Assembly: GCF_006345805.1 (NCBI RefSeq)
Contig: NC_043014.1
Location: 41,664,001 to 41,728,000 of the forward strand
Source of the DNA: Octopus sinensis
Taxonomy: Eukaryota
Direction of reading: 5' to 3'
Length of the DNA stretch: 64,000 nt
Shown: positions 24,060 to 36,990 of the stretch, piece after piece
Position numbering within the stretch: position 1 is the first letter of the stretch
How the letters are laid out: each line of letters opens with the position of its first letter
The notes under the pieces: generated by a model
What the model saw: the letters and a program-made list of their open reading frames with translations, nothing else
Databases searched by the model: none
Told to the model about the DNA's origin: nothing
Made by a program: the position numbers and the translations under genes

Positions 24060-24693
24060 ATTTTGAAATTTCGGTTTCAAATTTTGGCCAGGAATTTTAG
24101 GTGAGGGGTAGGTAGATTACATCGATCCCAGTGTTCAACCGGTACTTATTCTATCGTCACTGAAAGGATCAAAGGCAAAGTCAACCTTAGCGGATGCCGC
24201 CATCGACACAGCCATTCGTCAGGCGGTTATTCGTCAAACGTTCCAGCCAACGCCATTTCAACACCCTCGTCTACAGGAAGTCTTCACGAAGAAGCCGGAT
24301 GAAAGAACCGAAGGCAGTCTTCACAGACATGATACGCTTCAGTAGTGGTCATCATCTGGCACTCAGGCGGTGGCAAAAGACTGCAGGACGCAGCGACACA
24401 GATCAATGCAGATTCTGTAACGGGGAGGTGGAATCTACAGAACATCTCTGGCTGAGATGTCCGGCCCTGATGGTGGAACGCTATATCCGTCAATTAGAGG
24501 CTACAATGGATGATATGATTCGTCTCCCTTCCGCGGCTCTAGTGCTTCTGAGAGTTATCCTCAGGCGCTTGAGGTGACCAGCAGCAACAACAACAATAAC
24601 AACCTCAGCGGAATTTTAACTCAGTAACAAAAGACGAACGAAATGCTCCTAGGCATTTAGCCCGACGTGCTAATTAATGATTCTGCCAGCTCG
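24060..24693 (-). mobile_element. Old SINE A copy split by a LINE insertion
   Basis: The two halves join across the duplicated CAACCT(T/C)AGCGGA. Confidence 0.75.
24195..24599 (+). mobile_element. 5'-truncated I/R1-group LINE 3' end (CCHC zinc finger)
   Basis: RFSSGHHLAL...CRFCNGEVESTEHLWLRCPAL motif; (CAA)n tail; 13-bp TSD at 24182-24194 and 24600-24612 (1 mismatch). Confidence 0.8.
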
Positions 24694-24810
24694 TGCGTTA
24701 TACACCTGTAATATCAAGTAATATTCCACCACATTGTTTAACTCCTACGAATTGTAAAGGATTCCTAGCATGTTTAATTCTGGTAATTATTTGTGTGCTA
24801 CAGGGGTAAA

Positions 24811-25135
24811 GACCCCGCCTCCTTCGGTCATATTGCACCTAGAGATTTACCCTCCGAGGCACAAGTCCGGGAAAGGTTGTTCATGAAAGACCAGCAGTCG
24901 CTCATGCATGCCAGCTCCTCCTCTCCACGCCACAGATGTTATCCAAGGGAAAAGTAAAGGTCGATACAGCTTGGCACCAGTGACATCGCAACTCATTTCT
25001 ACAGCTGAGTGAACTGGAGCAACATAAAATAAAGTGTCTTGCTCAAGAACACAACACAACACAACACACAGCCCAATCCGGGAATCGAACTAATAGCTTC
25101 ATGATTGTGATTCCGACAGTCTACTCACTGAGCCA
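24811..25135 (-). mobile_element. SINE family G
   Basis: Reverse-complement match to 12401-12728. Confidence 0.85.
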
Positions 25136-25473
25136 AAGCAGTCCATTTAAGAGAACAAAACAAAACTATATCGAAAAGCAACTAAGTATTAAGAACTCTG
25201 TGATGTAAACAACTGTGTCACTTAATACAAATAGATTATTCTCCATGACAAAAAAAAACAAACAAAAAAAATGCTGGTACATTGTATGTTAAGAATACTA
25301 GAATCTGATAAAACTCTACTGATTATCTTCAATTCAGTTTTCACAACATAGTTTTTTATCTGCATTGAAATATAGTTATCGCAGTCACTGCGACGGAAAT
25401 TTTGACACCAAGTAATAAATGTTTAAGTGAAGTTTAACAGTTTTACCTTATTATGCTTTTTTAAGGGCTTTTG

Positions 25474-25534
<61 letters not shown>

Positions 25535-25734
25535 TGTATTCCATTTTTTTTTTTGTTATTGTTAATCTGCGTCTTCCACATAGTAATTACTTTAGTTTCA
25601 ACACACAGTCTCTGATCTAATCACTTACTAGAAAAGTACATCTCTGAAATATATGCAAACACGCACAAATAAAACAAAACAACCAAGCATGCACACAGAC
25701 ATACACACACACACACACACACATACACGTTGTG

Positions 25735-26150
25735 TAAGTGTTTAAGACCTTAACACCATCCACTTCAAGAGGGGCGGGCTGCATCCGGGTCATGAGTCTT
25801 AGATACTCCCCAGCAATTACCTCCTGCGCCACTGTTTGTATTGAAAGCCCCTTAGGTATTGAAGATGCCCAGACCCCAGGTCCCTTGGGTTTCGTAACCA
25901 GTTGAGTTTGAGACGCCAGTTGAACGTAAAGTAAATTTTGTCTTCCGGTATTCACTTCTATTCCATCTTGACCAGATAACCTTGGAAATCTTCAGAGCTT
26001 CTTCTGTCATTGGCTTAAGAGCTCTGGTTTTCTTTCCCCACAGAAATTGAAACCCGTTTCAAGTGTCCTCAGGCAGAACTGCTTACAAATACACTCGCTT
26101 CTGCTTCAAGACGATGAACCAGTTCTGCTAATCGCTCACCTTCAGAATGC
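25735..26150 (-). pseudogene. Possible decayed non-LTR ORF1-like fragment
   Basis: GC-richer, coding-like stretch (..GEYLRLMTRMQPAPLEVDGVKVLNTY) with stops; no firm motif. Confidence 0.25.
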
Positions 26151-26192
26151 CTAGGTTGAAATTTTTTCAAAACATTTTGAAATAAAAATAAT

Positions 26193-26854
26193 GGGATCTT
26201 TACATTTTGACCTACATATCTAAAACAAATAGATAATTTTTTTGTAACTAAACACTTTCAAACTTCGGACACTGGTAGAATGTGTCATATAAAGCATCTT
26301 TTACTCTTAGCATTTTTGGGAAAAACTTATATTCATAACGTTATTTCACATAAAGTTGTCGCATTACGGTAATTTCAACCAATCAATGACGTGTATTCAG
26401 CTGAATAAAATTACTGCCGTTGTTTGTCAAAAACAATTATCGGCGGTGTATTTTTCGTTTGTCACTGTTATTTATGACATCGTTCGTGCGTTTGTACTGG
26501 TTTTAAAGTTTTAGGGTTAGGGTTAAGGTTAAGGATTTAGGGTTAGGGTTAGGGTTTTAGGATTAGGGTTGTCATAAATAACAGTGACAATCGAAATAAA
26601 CACCGCCGGAAGTTGTTGTTGACAAACAACAGCAGTAATTTTATTCAGCTGAATACACGTCATTGATTGATTGAAATTACCGAAATAGGACAACTTTAAC
26701 GTGAAATAACTTCGTAAATATATGTTTTTTTCTCAAAAATGCTAAGATTAAAATATGTTTTATATGACACATTCTACCAGTGTCCGAAGTTTGAAAGTGT
26801 TTAGTTACAAAAAGTTATTTTTCTAAAATCTGTAGGTCAAAAGGTAAAGATGCA
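26193..26854. mobile_element. Foldback MITE with about 285-bp inverted arms and a (TTAGGG)n loop
   Basis: Arm 26193-26479 is the reverse complement of 26570-26854; loop 26510-26569 is degenerate TTAGGG; AAT flanks both ends. Confidence 0.88.
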
Positions 26855-27170
26855 AATCATGTTTAATACCGTTTAATCATGAATCCGATTCAAAAGATTT
26901 CAATACCTCACTAATACATTTCGATTTATAAAACCAACTTTACCATTTTTATTGATTTCAATATTTCGTTTAACGAAGCTGATAAGATGGCGAAATTGGT
27001 AGCCGTTCTAAGTTCAAATCCCAGCGAAGTCAGTTTTGCTTTTTATCTTTTTAAGTACAAGTCAAGTACGACTAACTACTTCCTCCAAAATTGCTGGCCT
27101 TGTGCCAAAATCTGAAATCAGGTTTTTGTATATCAATATAGAGAGGAAAGTACATAGCACAGAAAGTCGC

Positions 27171-27251
<81 letters not shown>

Positions 27252-27263
27252 CCTATCAATCTG

Positions 27264-27339
<76 letters not shown>

Positions 27340-27385
27340 GCTATTTTTCAGTCTGTCTTTCTCTACCTATCAATCAATGTATTTG

Positions 27386-27480
<95 letters not shown>
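27171..27480. repeat. (TATC)n and (TA)n microsatellites
   Basis: Direct reading. Confidence 0.95.
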
Positions 27481-27483
<3 letters not shown>

Positions 27484-27932
27484 CATATATACATTCACAC
27501 ATATCAATGTTTACATTTCTAACACACACACTTGTGTATATATATATATATATATATACAACGTGTGTGCGTGAGCATATGGAATTATGTGTGTGCATAT
27601 GGATATGTAGTGGTGGTCTGGGGTGCGGGAGTGGGGAAAGTGGGGGAGATCTTCTGACAGAAGAGTGATGGAGAATTTTTCATATATATTTTATTTGCCT
27701 CGTTCGTGTCGTTAGTTATACTCTTTCTTGTTTGGCTCAAATGTCAGCCGACTGCGTTCAACATCTGCGAGCTTCCACTGAAAATGAGAACAGTTGCCCT
27801 TAACAAGCGTGCTTCTTCAACGGAAGCTGTCACTCAGGACGTGTCACTCCTGGCTCATGACACGTCTGCCATCCACAATCCCAACGCCATTATAATTTAT
27901 TCACTCATACAGCTTTCCTTTTCGTTTCGTTT

Positions 27933-27938
27933 TTATTA

Positions 27939-28019
<81 letters not shown>

Positions 28020-28048
28020 TATTATTATTATAATCATCATTATTATTA

Positions 28049-28115
<67 letters not shown>

Positions 28116-28122
28116 CATTATT
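27933..28122. repeat. (ATT)n microsatellite
   Basis: Direct reading. Confidence 0.95.
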
Positions 28123-28407
28123 TGTTTCGTTGCTGGTTATAATGATGGTGATGGCGTTGGTCTAGGTACGTGGTAGTTAAACGTTGCGATATTTCAAGGG
28201 ACCTGATTATCTACGGACGGTTTTCTGGTTTTTTTTTTAGTTTTTTTTTTTTTGCATTTTTAGAGGTCTATTTATTTGTATTGTATATATATGTGGATTT
28301 ATATTTCTTCTGTGATGACCCTTCTGTGTTAATATTTCCTCACACAATAAAACATTCTTTTGCAACTCACTCACATATATATATATATATCTATATATAT
28401 ATATATG

Positions 28408-28446
<39 letters not shown>

Positions 28447-28449
28447 TAT

Positions 28450-28864
28450 AGGCGCAGGAGTGGCTGTTTGGTAAGTAGTTTGTTTACCAACCACATGGTT
28501 CCGGGTTCAGTCCCACTGCGTGGCACCTTGGGCAAGTGTCTACTATAGCCTTGTGAGTGGATTTGGTAGACGGAAACTGAAAGAAGCCCGTCGTATATAT
28601 GTATATGTATATATATATGTGTGTGTGTGTGTGTGCTTGTGTGTGTGTTTGTGTGTGTGTGTTTGTCCCCCTAGCATTGCTTGAAAACCGATGCTGGTGT
28701 GTTTATGTTCCCGTCACTTAGCGGTTCGGCAAAACAGACCGATAGAATAAGTACTGGGCTTACAAAGAATAAGTGCCGGGGTCGAGTTGCTCGATTAAAG
28801 GCGGTGCTCCAGTATGGCCACAGTCAAATGACTGAAAAAAGTAAAAGAGTAAAAGAGTAAAAGA
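28450..28864 (+). mobile_element. SINE family B, near full length
   Basis: Match to the family B consensus seen in this window. Confidence 0.9.
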
Positions 28865-28910
28865 ATATATAATATATAGCGTGTGTGAGTGTATGTGTGT
28901 ATATTATATA

Positions 28911-28986
<76 letters not shown>

Positions 28987-29110
28987 ATATGTATGCACGT
29001 ATATGAACGAATGTGTGTATTATATATATATATATATATATATTATATTTATATATATATTATTTGTATAGTATATATATATAAGTATATATAATCGTGT
29101 ATGTATGTAT

Positions 29111-29150
<40 letters not shown>

Positions 29151-29390
29151 CATGCATATATATATATATATACATACATGCAAAATTTAGTAGAGGAATG
29201 ATCACTAAAGTGGAAATCCTATATGCAAAACATAGACGTCAAATCGCCATTACCACGAAGAATGTGTTCTCAAGAAAAAAATCTCAGCAAAACGCCAAAA
29301 TATAAAAAAATCAGCAATACAAATGAAAGCATATGAAATAAAAAGGATTACCTACATACCATTGGTTTCACTTGTTAATATCTACGTATA

Positions 29391-29800
29391 TAGCTATGTG
29401 GTAAGTAGCTTGCTTACCAACCACATGGTTCTGGGTTCAGTGTCACTGCATGCCACATTAGGCAAGTGTCTTCTACCATTGTCTCGGGCCGACCAAAGCC
29501 TTGTGAGTGGATTTGGTAGATGGAAACTGAAAGAAGCCCGTCGTATGTATGTATATATATGTATATATATATATGAGTGTGTGTATTTGTGTATGTGCAT
29601 GTGTATGTTTGTGTGCCTGTATTTGTCACCCCACTACTGGTGTGTTTACGTCCCCATAACTTAGCGTTTCGGTAAAAGACACCGATAGAATAAGTGCTAG
29701 GCTTATAAAGAATAAGTCCTGGGGTCGATTTGCTTGACTAAAGGCATTACACCAGCATGGCCGCAGTCAACTGACTGAAACAAAAGAAGAAGAAAGAAAG
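29391..29800 (+). mobile_element. SINE family B
   Basis: Match to family B. Confidence 0.85.
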
Positions 29801-29839
29801 AATATATATATAGAGACATATGAGTGTGTGTTCGTGTGT

Positions 29840-29881
<42 letters not shown>

Positions 29882-30477
29882 ATTTGTGTGCGTATTTGTG
29901 CGTGTATATATATATATTATATATATATATATATATATACTCTGTTCCAGTAGCGTTATGTTCAGAGAGCACTCCAGCCGTGATCATCACATCTCTTTAT
30001 CTTTTCTTTTCCTGTTATTTGTCAGATTCAGTGAACCACTTCACAGTTTTCAAAAGCCATAAAGTATCATGTGAGGGGAGTTTACCCTCTATTTCTAACA
30101 CCTCATGCCATTGTGTAAAAAGCTGCTCGTTGGCTTGTATTAATGCGTATTATGTATAATAAATGTGTATATAGTTGGATGTTAAATTGGTACACGCTAC
30201 TTTTGGTCTCTCTTTATACCATAGCTAGGAAATAATAATCGCTAATATCGCGCCAAATGTATAAAACATTTAAGAACTCTAGAGCTAAGCAGACTTCCAT
30301 GAAATGATATAGTAACACTAATATGTACATCAAATGTATAACTACTTCAATTGACATAAATCTAACAACGTGTTGGGCCTTGAGAGATTTGTTTTCATTT
30401 GATCTAAAATCGGTTATTTCAGCTATAACTGCTTTTCTCTCTGTCTCATTTGCTCGCGATTATATATATATATATAT

Positions 30478-32428
30478 TCCACTATCTCCAACACCTCTGT
30501 CTCCTTCCTCGACATTTCGGTTAGCATTCTTCACTCCACTCTTACCACCTCCATTCACAACAAACACACAGACTCACACTCATACCTCAACTTCTCTTCC
30601 TCCCACCCAGAACACACCAAGCTTTCCATCCCCTATTCCCAATTCCTCCGTCTACGTAGGCTCTGTAGTGACGACCATGACTTTGAGACTCAGTCTCAAC
30701 GTATGGTTCACCACTTCATCACCCTACGTGTACCCCCTCACCACTATCCACACCACCCTTGCCAGAGCACGGTCCGTGGACCGTGTATCTGCTCTCTCTC
30801 CCCGAACTCGCCCTGTAGTCTCCCGCCTCCCTTTTCCCCTCACTTACCACCCCACGACCCTACGTCTCCAACGCACCATTCTTCGAGCTTTCCGTCATCT
30901 CCAGTCCGACCCGTCCACTTCACACCTCTTCCCTAACCGACCCCTCCCCTCTTTCAAACGAGCCCACAACCTTCGAGACCTTTTGGTCCATAGCTCCTTC
31001 CCTGACCCTACCTCCAACCCGGCTCGTTCCCCTGCTCCCGCCCACGTTGCCGCACTTGCCCTTACCTCTCCAAACCACCCGCTCACTAGCACCCACCATC
31101 GACCCTATCCATCATCCACTCCTTCACCTGCACCTCCAGCAATATTATCTATTGCATCTCTTGCTCTCTCTGCAATTCCTTGTACATCGGACAAACGGGA
31201 CGCCGCTTGGCTGACCGGTTCGCGGAACACCTTCGTGACATCCACCTTGCGAACGACACACACGGTCTCACGCCATTTCCGCTCCACCGGTCACTCCTTG
31301 CAACACCTATCTGTGTTCGGTTTGTCCTTACACAGAGGCCATCCGGATTCCCGTTTGCGCCGTGAACAGGAATTAATCTTCTCTCTTCGCTCTTATACGC
31401 CATTTGGTCTCAACTCTCCCCCCTCCTCATCTAACACCCCCTCTCCCCCTCCTCACCTATCCTTTCCCCCCGACCCCTACTTCTTCAGTCCTTCATCCTT
31501 TCACCCCTACTCCCCTTCCCTTCTTCCCTCTCTTTCTCCCTCCCTCTTCCCTTTTCCCTCTGCTCCCTCACTCCCTCTCTCCCTTCTCTCTCCCCCTCTT
31601 CCTCCCTCCTTCATCCCCCTCCCTCCCCCTCCTCTCCTCTTCCCCCTCTCCCCCTCTCTTCTTCCCCTCCCCCTCTTCTCCCCATCCCCCTCTTCTCCCC
31701 TCTCCCCCTCTCCCCCTCTTCTCTCTCCCCCTCCCCCTCTTCTCCTCACTACACCACATGACTTTACACATCACATCACATACGATGTGCCATACTAATA
31801 CACACACCAACTAATACATACTAATACGTACTATATACATACTAGTACATACTAATACTACACCAACCCTATACATACCACGTCCAGACCCCGCATACGC
31901 ACTTATACTCTCTCATACACACACACAACACCCACACTTATACATACCAATACGTACTAATACATACTAATACATACACCAACCCATACATACGCACGTC
32001 CAGACCAATCCTACGCACTATACTCTCTCATACACACACACACATACACACACACCCTTATACATACTAATACATACACCAACCCTATACATACACACAT
32101 CCAGACCCCTCCTACGCACTATTAGCTGGTCCCTCAACCCCTTTATCAACCCTATTATCTCCCCTTATTTCGCTCTCGCGTCTCATGTTTGATCTTTGAC
32201 CTCTGGCCGAAATCAGATCGCCATGTTGATTCGTTAGCTACTGCACGGATTTTTTTTTCTCTCCTTCTTTCTGTGTTTTTCTCTCTCTGTGTATCTTTCT
32301 GTTGAAGAGCGTAGGCTCGAAACGTTAAAGACTTGTTTTATTTATATTTCCTGAGCGCCATACTAATACAATTGTTCGTTGTTTTCCACCTGCCTTCGTC
32401 TTTTGTTTATTTTCATAAAGCTTCCCGT

Positions 32429-32430
<2 letters not shown>
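30478..32430 (+). mobile_element. 5'-truncated Penelope-like element (RT C-terminus, Cys linker, GIY-YIG, long 3' UTR, terminal repeat)
   Basis: Across frameshifts: SVSFLDISV..TDSHSYLNFSS..SIPYSQFLRLRRLCS..PLTYHP..FKRAHNLRDLLVHS..CSRPRCRTCP..NIIYCISCSLCNSLYIGQTGRRLADRFAEH..REQELIFSL..PFGLN; (TA)n on both flanks. Confidence 0.9.
32293..32332 (+). ncRNA. Minimal type-I hammerhead-ribozyme-like motif (non-canonical core CUGUUGA)
   Basis: TCTTT-CTGTTGA-A-GAGC(GTAG)GCTC-GAAAC-GTT-AAAGA: stem I TCTTT/AAAGA, stem II, palindromic ACGT stem III as in PLE dimeric hammerheads. Confidence 0.6.
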
Positions 32431-32461
<31 letters not shown>

Positions 32462-34398
32462 TATATATATTATATATTTTTACAATTGAGGATAACATTT
32501 TTATAAGAAATTGTCAGTAGTTAGCGTGAAAAACATCGTAAGAGAAACCTCGTAAGAAACCTCGTAACTAATTCTTTTTTTAAATGACTTGCTTTGAAGT
32601 TTTGCATTCGGTCAAATTTTGCTTATTTTAGTAGTTTTGACCGCATTGGTCCCTCTTAGCGTGCGGTATCTACGAATAGTAGTACCCTCAATATAATATA
32701 AATAAATATATATATAAATATATATATATATATACATACATTCACACACACACACACATATATATACATATGCATAAACATGTATATGCATAAGCATATA
32801 TTCCCTTTATTTTGTAAGCTATTTGTGTTATAAAAGAGCCTGTTCATTATTTTGCTGACAGTTATTTTGTCGTCTCTCAAATAACAAACAATAAAATGAA
32901 AACTAACGAGATCCGGGCTTTAGTTTACAAACGATACAAACTGTGCGATGTAAATATCTTCTAACGCTTGTCTCCTCTGGACGACTCTTTTCTCCCTGTC
33001 AATGTTTGTATTAGCGGTAGATATGTCATAATTTCCCGACTGCTACATATTTCTGAAGTTCTCGTCAATTTGATGAATATTATCTGTTCTCTAGACAGTT
33101 AAATACATCGAGAAACTTAGTTCAGTGGCTTTCGTTATTGAAACGCTGAAGCTTTTGTTAGGCGGCTTCATGAATATGTCTTAATAAGACTTGATTGTTT
33201 GGTGGAAATATGACGAGGAATAGTATTTTCACCGTCGTTTATACAACAGTTTAAAATACAGTATTATAAATGATAGAAAGCAAATTAACTGCGGTATTCA
33301 CATGGAGATAATATTACTTATGGACGTGTTGTGTTTAAAAGCACAAATATATCAGTAGCACACGAAAACCGTCAAGCAGCAACAGCGAAAGTGCTAGATG
33401 CAATCCTCATCCTTTTCAGTGGAATGTACTCACAGGAAATTACATTCTTCTGGCTAAATCTATCGCTACTGATATAGGAAAACAATTGAATAAGAAACGT
33501 GAAATAAAAGTTTAACGGAAGTAATATTAGATTAGTATAAAGGCAAATTAACTGTGGCATTTCTCCGGGGATGATATCTCTTATGAACGTACTGTGTTTA
33601 AAAACGCAAGTACATCAGATGTAGGCGAACAGTTTTCAGCTGCAATGGTGACCATGCTAGCTGCGCATTTCAGCATCCCTAGGCTTTGTCAGTAGCAACG
33701 GTTTATGTTCTTTACAAGTTCTTTCATTAGTTTCAGCTACTGAGCTGCGATCATGTTAGAACAATGGTTTCAATGGTTTTTTAGTTGATTATATCAAACG
33801 CAGTATTTCGACTGGAAATAATTTGATCGTTCTAAGTATGTTATGGAATGCAGAGTGGATAGTGGCAAAACGCGGGTAATAAAAATATTATTACTGCAGA
33901 GTATTTCTGTTTTCATGAACTAGTTTTCCGCCCCCAAAATAGAATGAGTATCCATACTCAATCATCGTTCGACGATCAAAACTCACTACTTCGATCAATT
34001 GAATAAGTTGCTCCTGGTTTAATGTGTAGGTATTTGATAAATCCATAAATATCTGTCCCATTAACGTTATTCTCAAGGGAAATCAGAGTGACGTAGTGTG
34101 TGTTCCTTTGAGTTACAAGTACAATACACCTAAAACGCTTCTATATAGCTTCCGTTGACACAGTTTTACTTACAAGCTATGTGTCGGTTCCCTGGCTGTA
34201 GAAAATGACTTTTGCCCAAGATAGCACACAATGGAATCGAACCCTGTATCTTGCGGTTACGGAATAACCTTCTTAAATATTCCACCGCATTCATACTCAT
34301 CCCCCAACATAAGCAAACACATAAATGCATACATACATATATGCCTGTGTACATACATACATTTATATGTGTAAATACATACATGCATACATACATAC

Positions 34399-34430
<32 letters not shown>

Positions 34431-34457
34431 TTTACACACTTTCGTCCACAGTTTACT

Positions 34458-34690
34458 TATTTCTTTATTGCTCACAAGGAGTTAAACATAGAGGAGACAA
34501 ACCAAGACAGACAAAGGGATTAAGTCGATTATATCGACCCCAGTGCTTAAGTGGTACTTAATTTATCGACCCTGAAAGGATGAAAGGCAAAGTCGAACTC
34601 GGCGGAATTTGAACTCAGAACGTAACTGCAGACGAAACACCGCTTAGCATTTCGCCCGGCGTGCTAACGTTTCTGCCAGCTCGCCGCCTT
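34458..34690 (-). mobile_element. SINE family A monomer (tail A)
   Basis: Full copy; flanking TCGTCCA(C/A)AGTTTACT TSD. Confidence 0.9.
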
Positions 34691-35544
34691 CATCGTCCAA
34701 AGTTTACTCACATGATACTGGCTAAGAAGAGGTTGCAACGAAAGTCACTTGGCCAGAGTATTCCATCCTGAAACCACGAAGCTAATTTTCAATTTCCCCG
34801 TAATGTGTTATACATTCTATGTATAGGCATTTAACTCCGCATTACAGTTAAATGCCGATACAAAAAAAAAAACTGTAGCACTTGATGAGATGCGAAACTT
34901 CGGCGCATATTCAGACACCTTAACAACTGTGCAATCAGTCTGAATTATAAACAAGATAATAATTATAGAAGTCGTTACCCACTTCCTCCCACGCCTCCCA
35001 GTTTTGTTCTCCAACAAATCAAAACCTTTAATCTGACATTCATCAATTGAGCAATAATAATATGGTTCACTTGTTATCACTGTATTAGCATTTGCTCTAT
35101 AGCATTAGAACGTAATAGAGCATATCGTCACGCTTGCCGGCCACTGGGACAGTAGTAACAATATTCGTTATAAACTTGTGAAGTCATCCAGAAATCTGGC
35201 AAGCTTTATCAGCCACAATATTCTCAACATTCATGCGAGCATTATCGTTCCCTTGTGGAAACCTAGCCATGTGTAGCTTCAAGATAAATTAGTTTATGGT
35301 GACGAACCAGAGCTGGTGGCGTTGTTCGGTGAAGAAAGTGTGTGACAAATCGACTGATTTTGAAAAATTAGATTATAATGTTGACACCTCCCATGAAGTG
35401 ACTTAATAATATCTAAATTCTACATATTTTTTCTGAACTTCTGCTTCTTATTATTGTTATTCTTCTCCTCTGAAATGTTAAAATCTTCATGGCTAAATAA
35501 TATCGTTTATTTCTAATAATGTGTTGATAATTAATAATGTCTTC

Positions 35545-36033
35545 TGATTTCTACACAAAGCCAGCACTTTGACGGAAGGTGTTTAGTCGATACCACCTAA
35601 TTTAGCATTTGACTGGTATTGTATTTCATCGATCCCGGAGGAATGACTGGTAAAGTTGACTCCGATAGCATGCGAACTCAGAACGGAAGTGGAGAGTAAC
35701 AATTTATGCGGTAGTATTAATAAAGTTTTGACAAATTTTGCTTGATAATGTTAATAAGGATTAAATGTTTATTTAATAGTGTTAGGAAATCTACATTAGT
35801 TTATTTGATAATCTTAGTAAAGGCGTAACAGTTTATCTAACAATGTTAGTGACTGCATATCTGATAATATCCGTAATACTACAGCATAAATATTTACGCC
35901 TTCACTTCCTTTCTGAGTTAACACTCTGCAGCGGTCAACTTTACCAGTCATTCCTCTGGGATCGATGAAATATAATACCGGTAAAGTTCTAGAATTCATG
36001 ATTTCCACCCATCCTTTGGCCTTTTGCATGAAT
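35545..36033. mobile_element. Two old SINE A-related copies in opposite orientation
   Basis: TATTTCATCGATCCCGGAGGAATGACTGGTAAAGTTGAC (about 35622) is the inverse of GTCAACTTTACCAGTCATTCCTCTGGGATCGATGAAATA (about 35934). Confidence 0.65.
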
Positions 36034-36120
36034 CGCTTATTGCGTTAGTAGAGCTATAAAGGTTTATTTGTTAATATCACTGAAGGCAAGCCTGTTCATC
36101 TGGTAGTATTAAGGAAAAGG

Positions 36121-36990
36121 AAGGCGGTGACCTGGTAGAGACGTTAGCACGCCGGGCGAAATGCTAAGCGGTATTTCGTCTGCCGTTACGTTCTGAGTTC
36201 AAATTCCACCGAGGTCGACTTTGCCTTTCATCCTTTCGGGGTCGATTAAATAAGTACCAGTTACGCACTGGGGTCGATGTAATCGACTTAATCCGTTTGT
36301 CTGTCCTTGTTTGTCCTCTCTGTGTTTAGTCCCTTGTGGGTAGTAAAGAAATAGGTATTTTGTCTGCCGTTACGTTCTGAGTCCAAATTCCGCCGAGGTC
36401 GACTTTGCCTTTCATCCTTTCGGGGTCGATTAAATAAGTACCAGTTACGTACTGAGGTCGATCTAATCGACTGGCCCCTCCCCACAAAATTTCGGACCTT
36501 GTGCTTAGAGGAGAAAAGATTATTAATGAAAAGGTGAAGGTGGCGTGCTGACAGAATACTTCGCACGCCAAGGAAATGCTTCGCGGAATTTCGTCCGACT
36601 TCATATCGTGAGTTCAAATTCTGCCGAGGTGGACTTTGCCGTCTATCCTTTGGGGATGGGTAAAATAAGTACCAGTTGAATACTGGGGTCGATGTAATCA
36701 ACTGACCTCCTCCACCGAAATTGTTGACCTTCTTCCAAAATTTGAAACCAATATTAATAAAAACGTGAAGGCGGCGAGCTGGCAGGATCGTTAGCACGCC
36801 GTGAGAAAAGGCTTAGCGACATTTCGTTCCTCCTTAAGTTCTGAGTTCGAATTCAGCTGAGGTCGACTTTGACTTTCATCCTTTAGTGGCAGATAAAATA
36901 GGTACCTGTTGTGTACTAGGATCAATTTAATCTATTTATACCCTGCCCCAAAACTTTCTGGTCCTGTGTCAATAATTTGAAACCAATATT
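36121..36990 (+). mobile_element. Stack of SINE A copies: dimer (36121-36525), monomer (36537-36752), monomer (36768-36990)
   Basis: Three heads, each preceded by a similar TATTAA..AAAA.G(T)GAAGG linker. Confidence 0.85.

Noticed and set aside
26510-26569. True telomere or chromosome-fusion scar
   Set aside because: Short, degenerate, single-orientation tract enclosed by element arms.
30323-31798. 491-aa ORF as a host gene
   Set aside because: It is an off-frame read-through of a frameshifted, C-rich Penelope element plus a CT low-complexity tract; only short parts are in the true frame.
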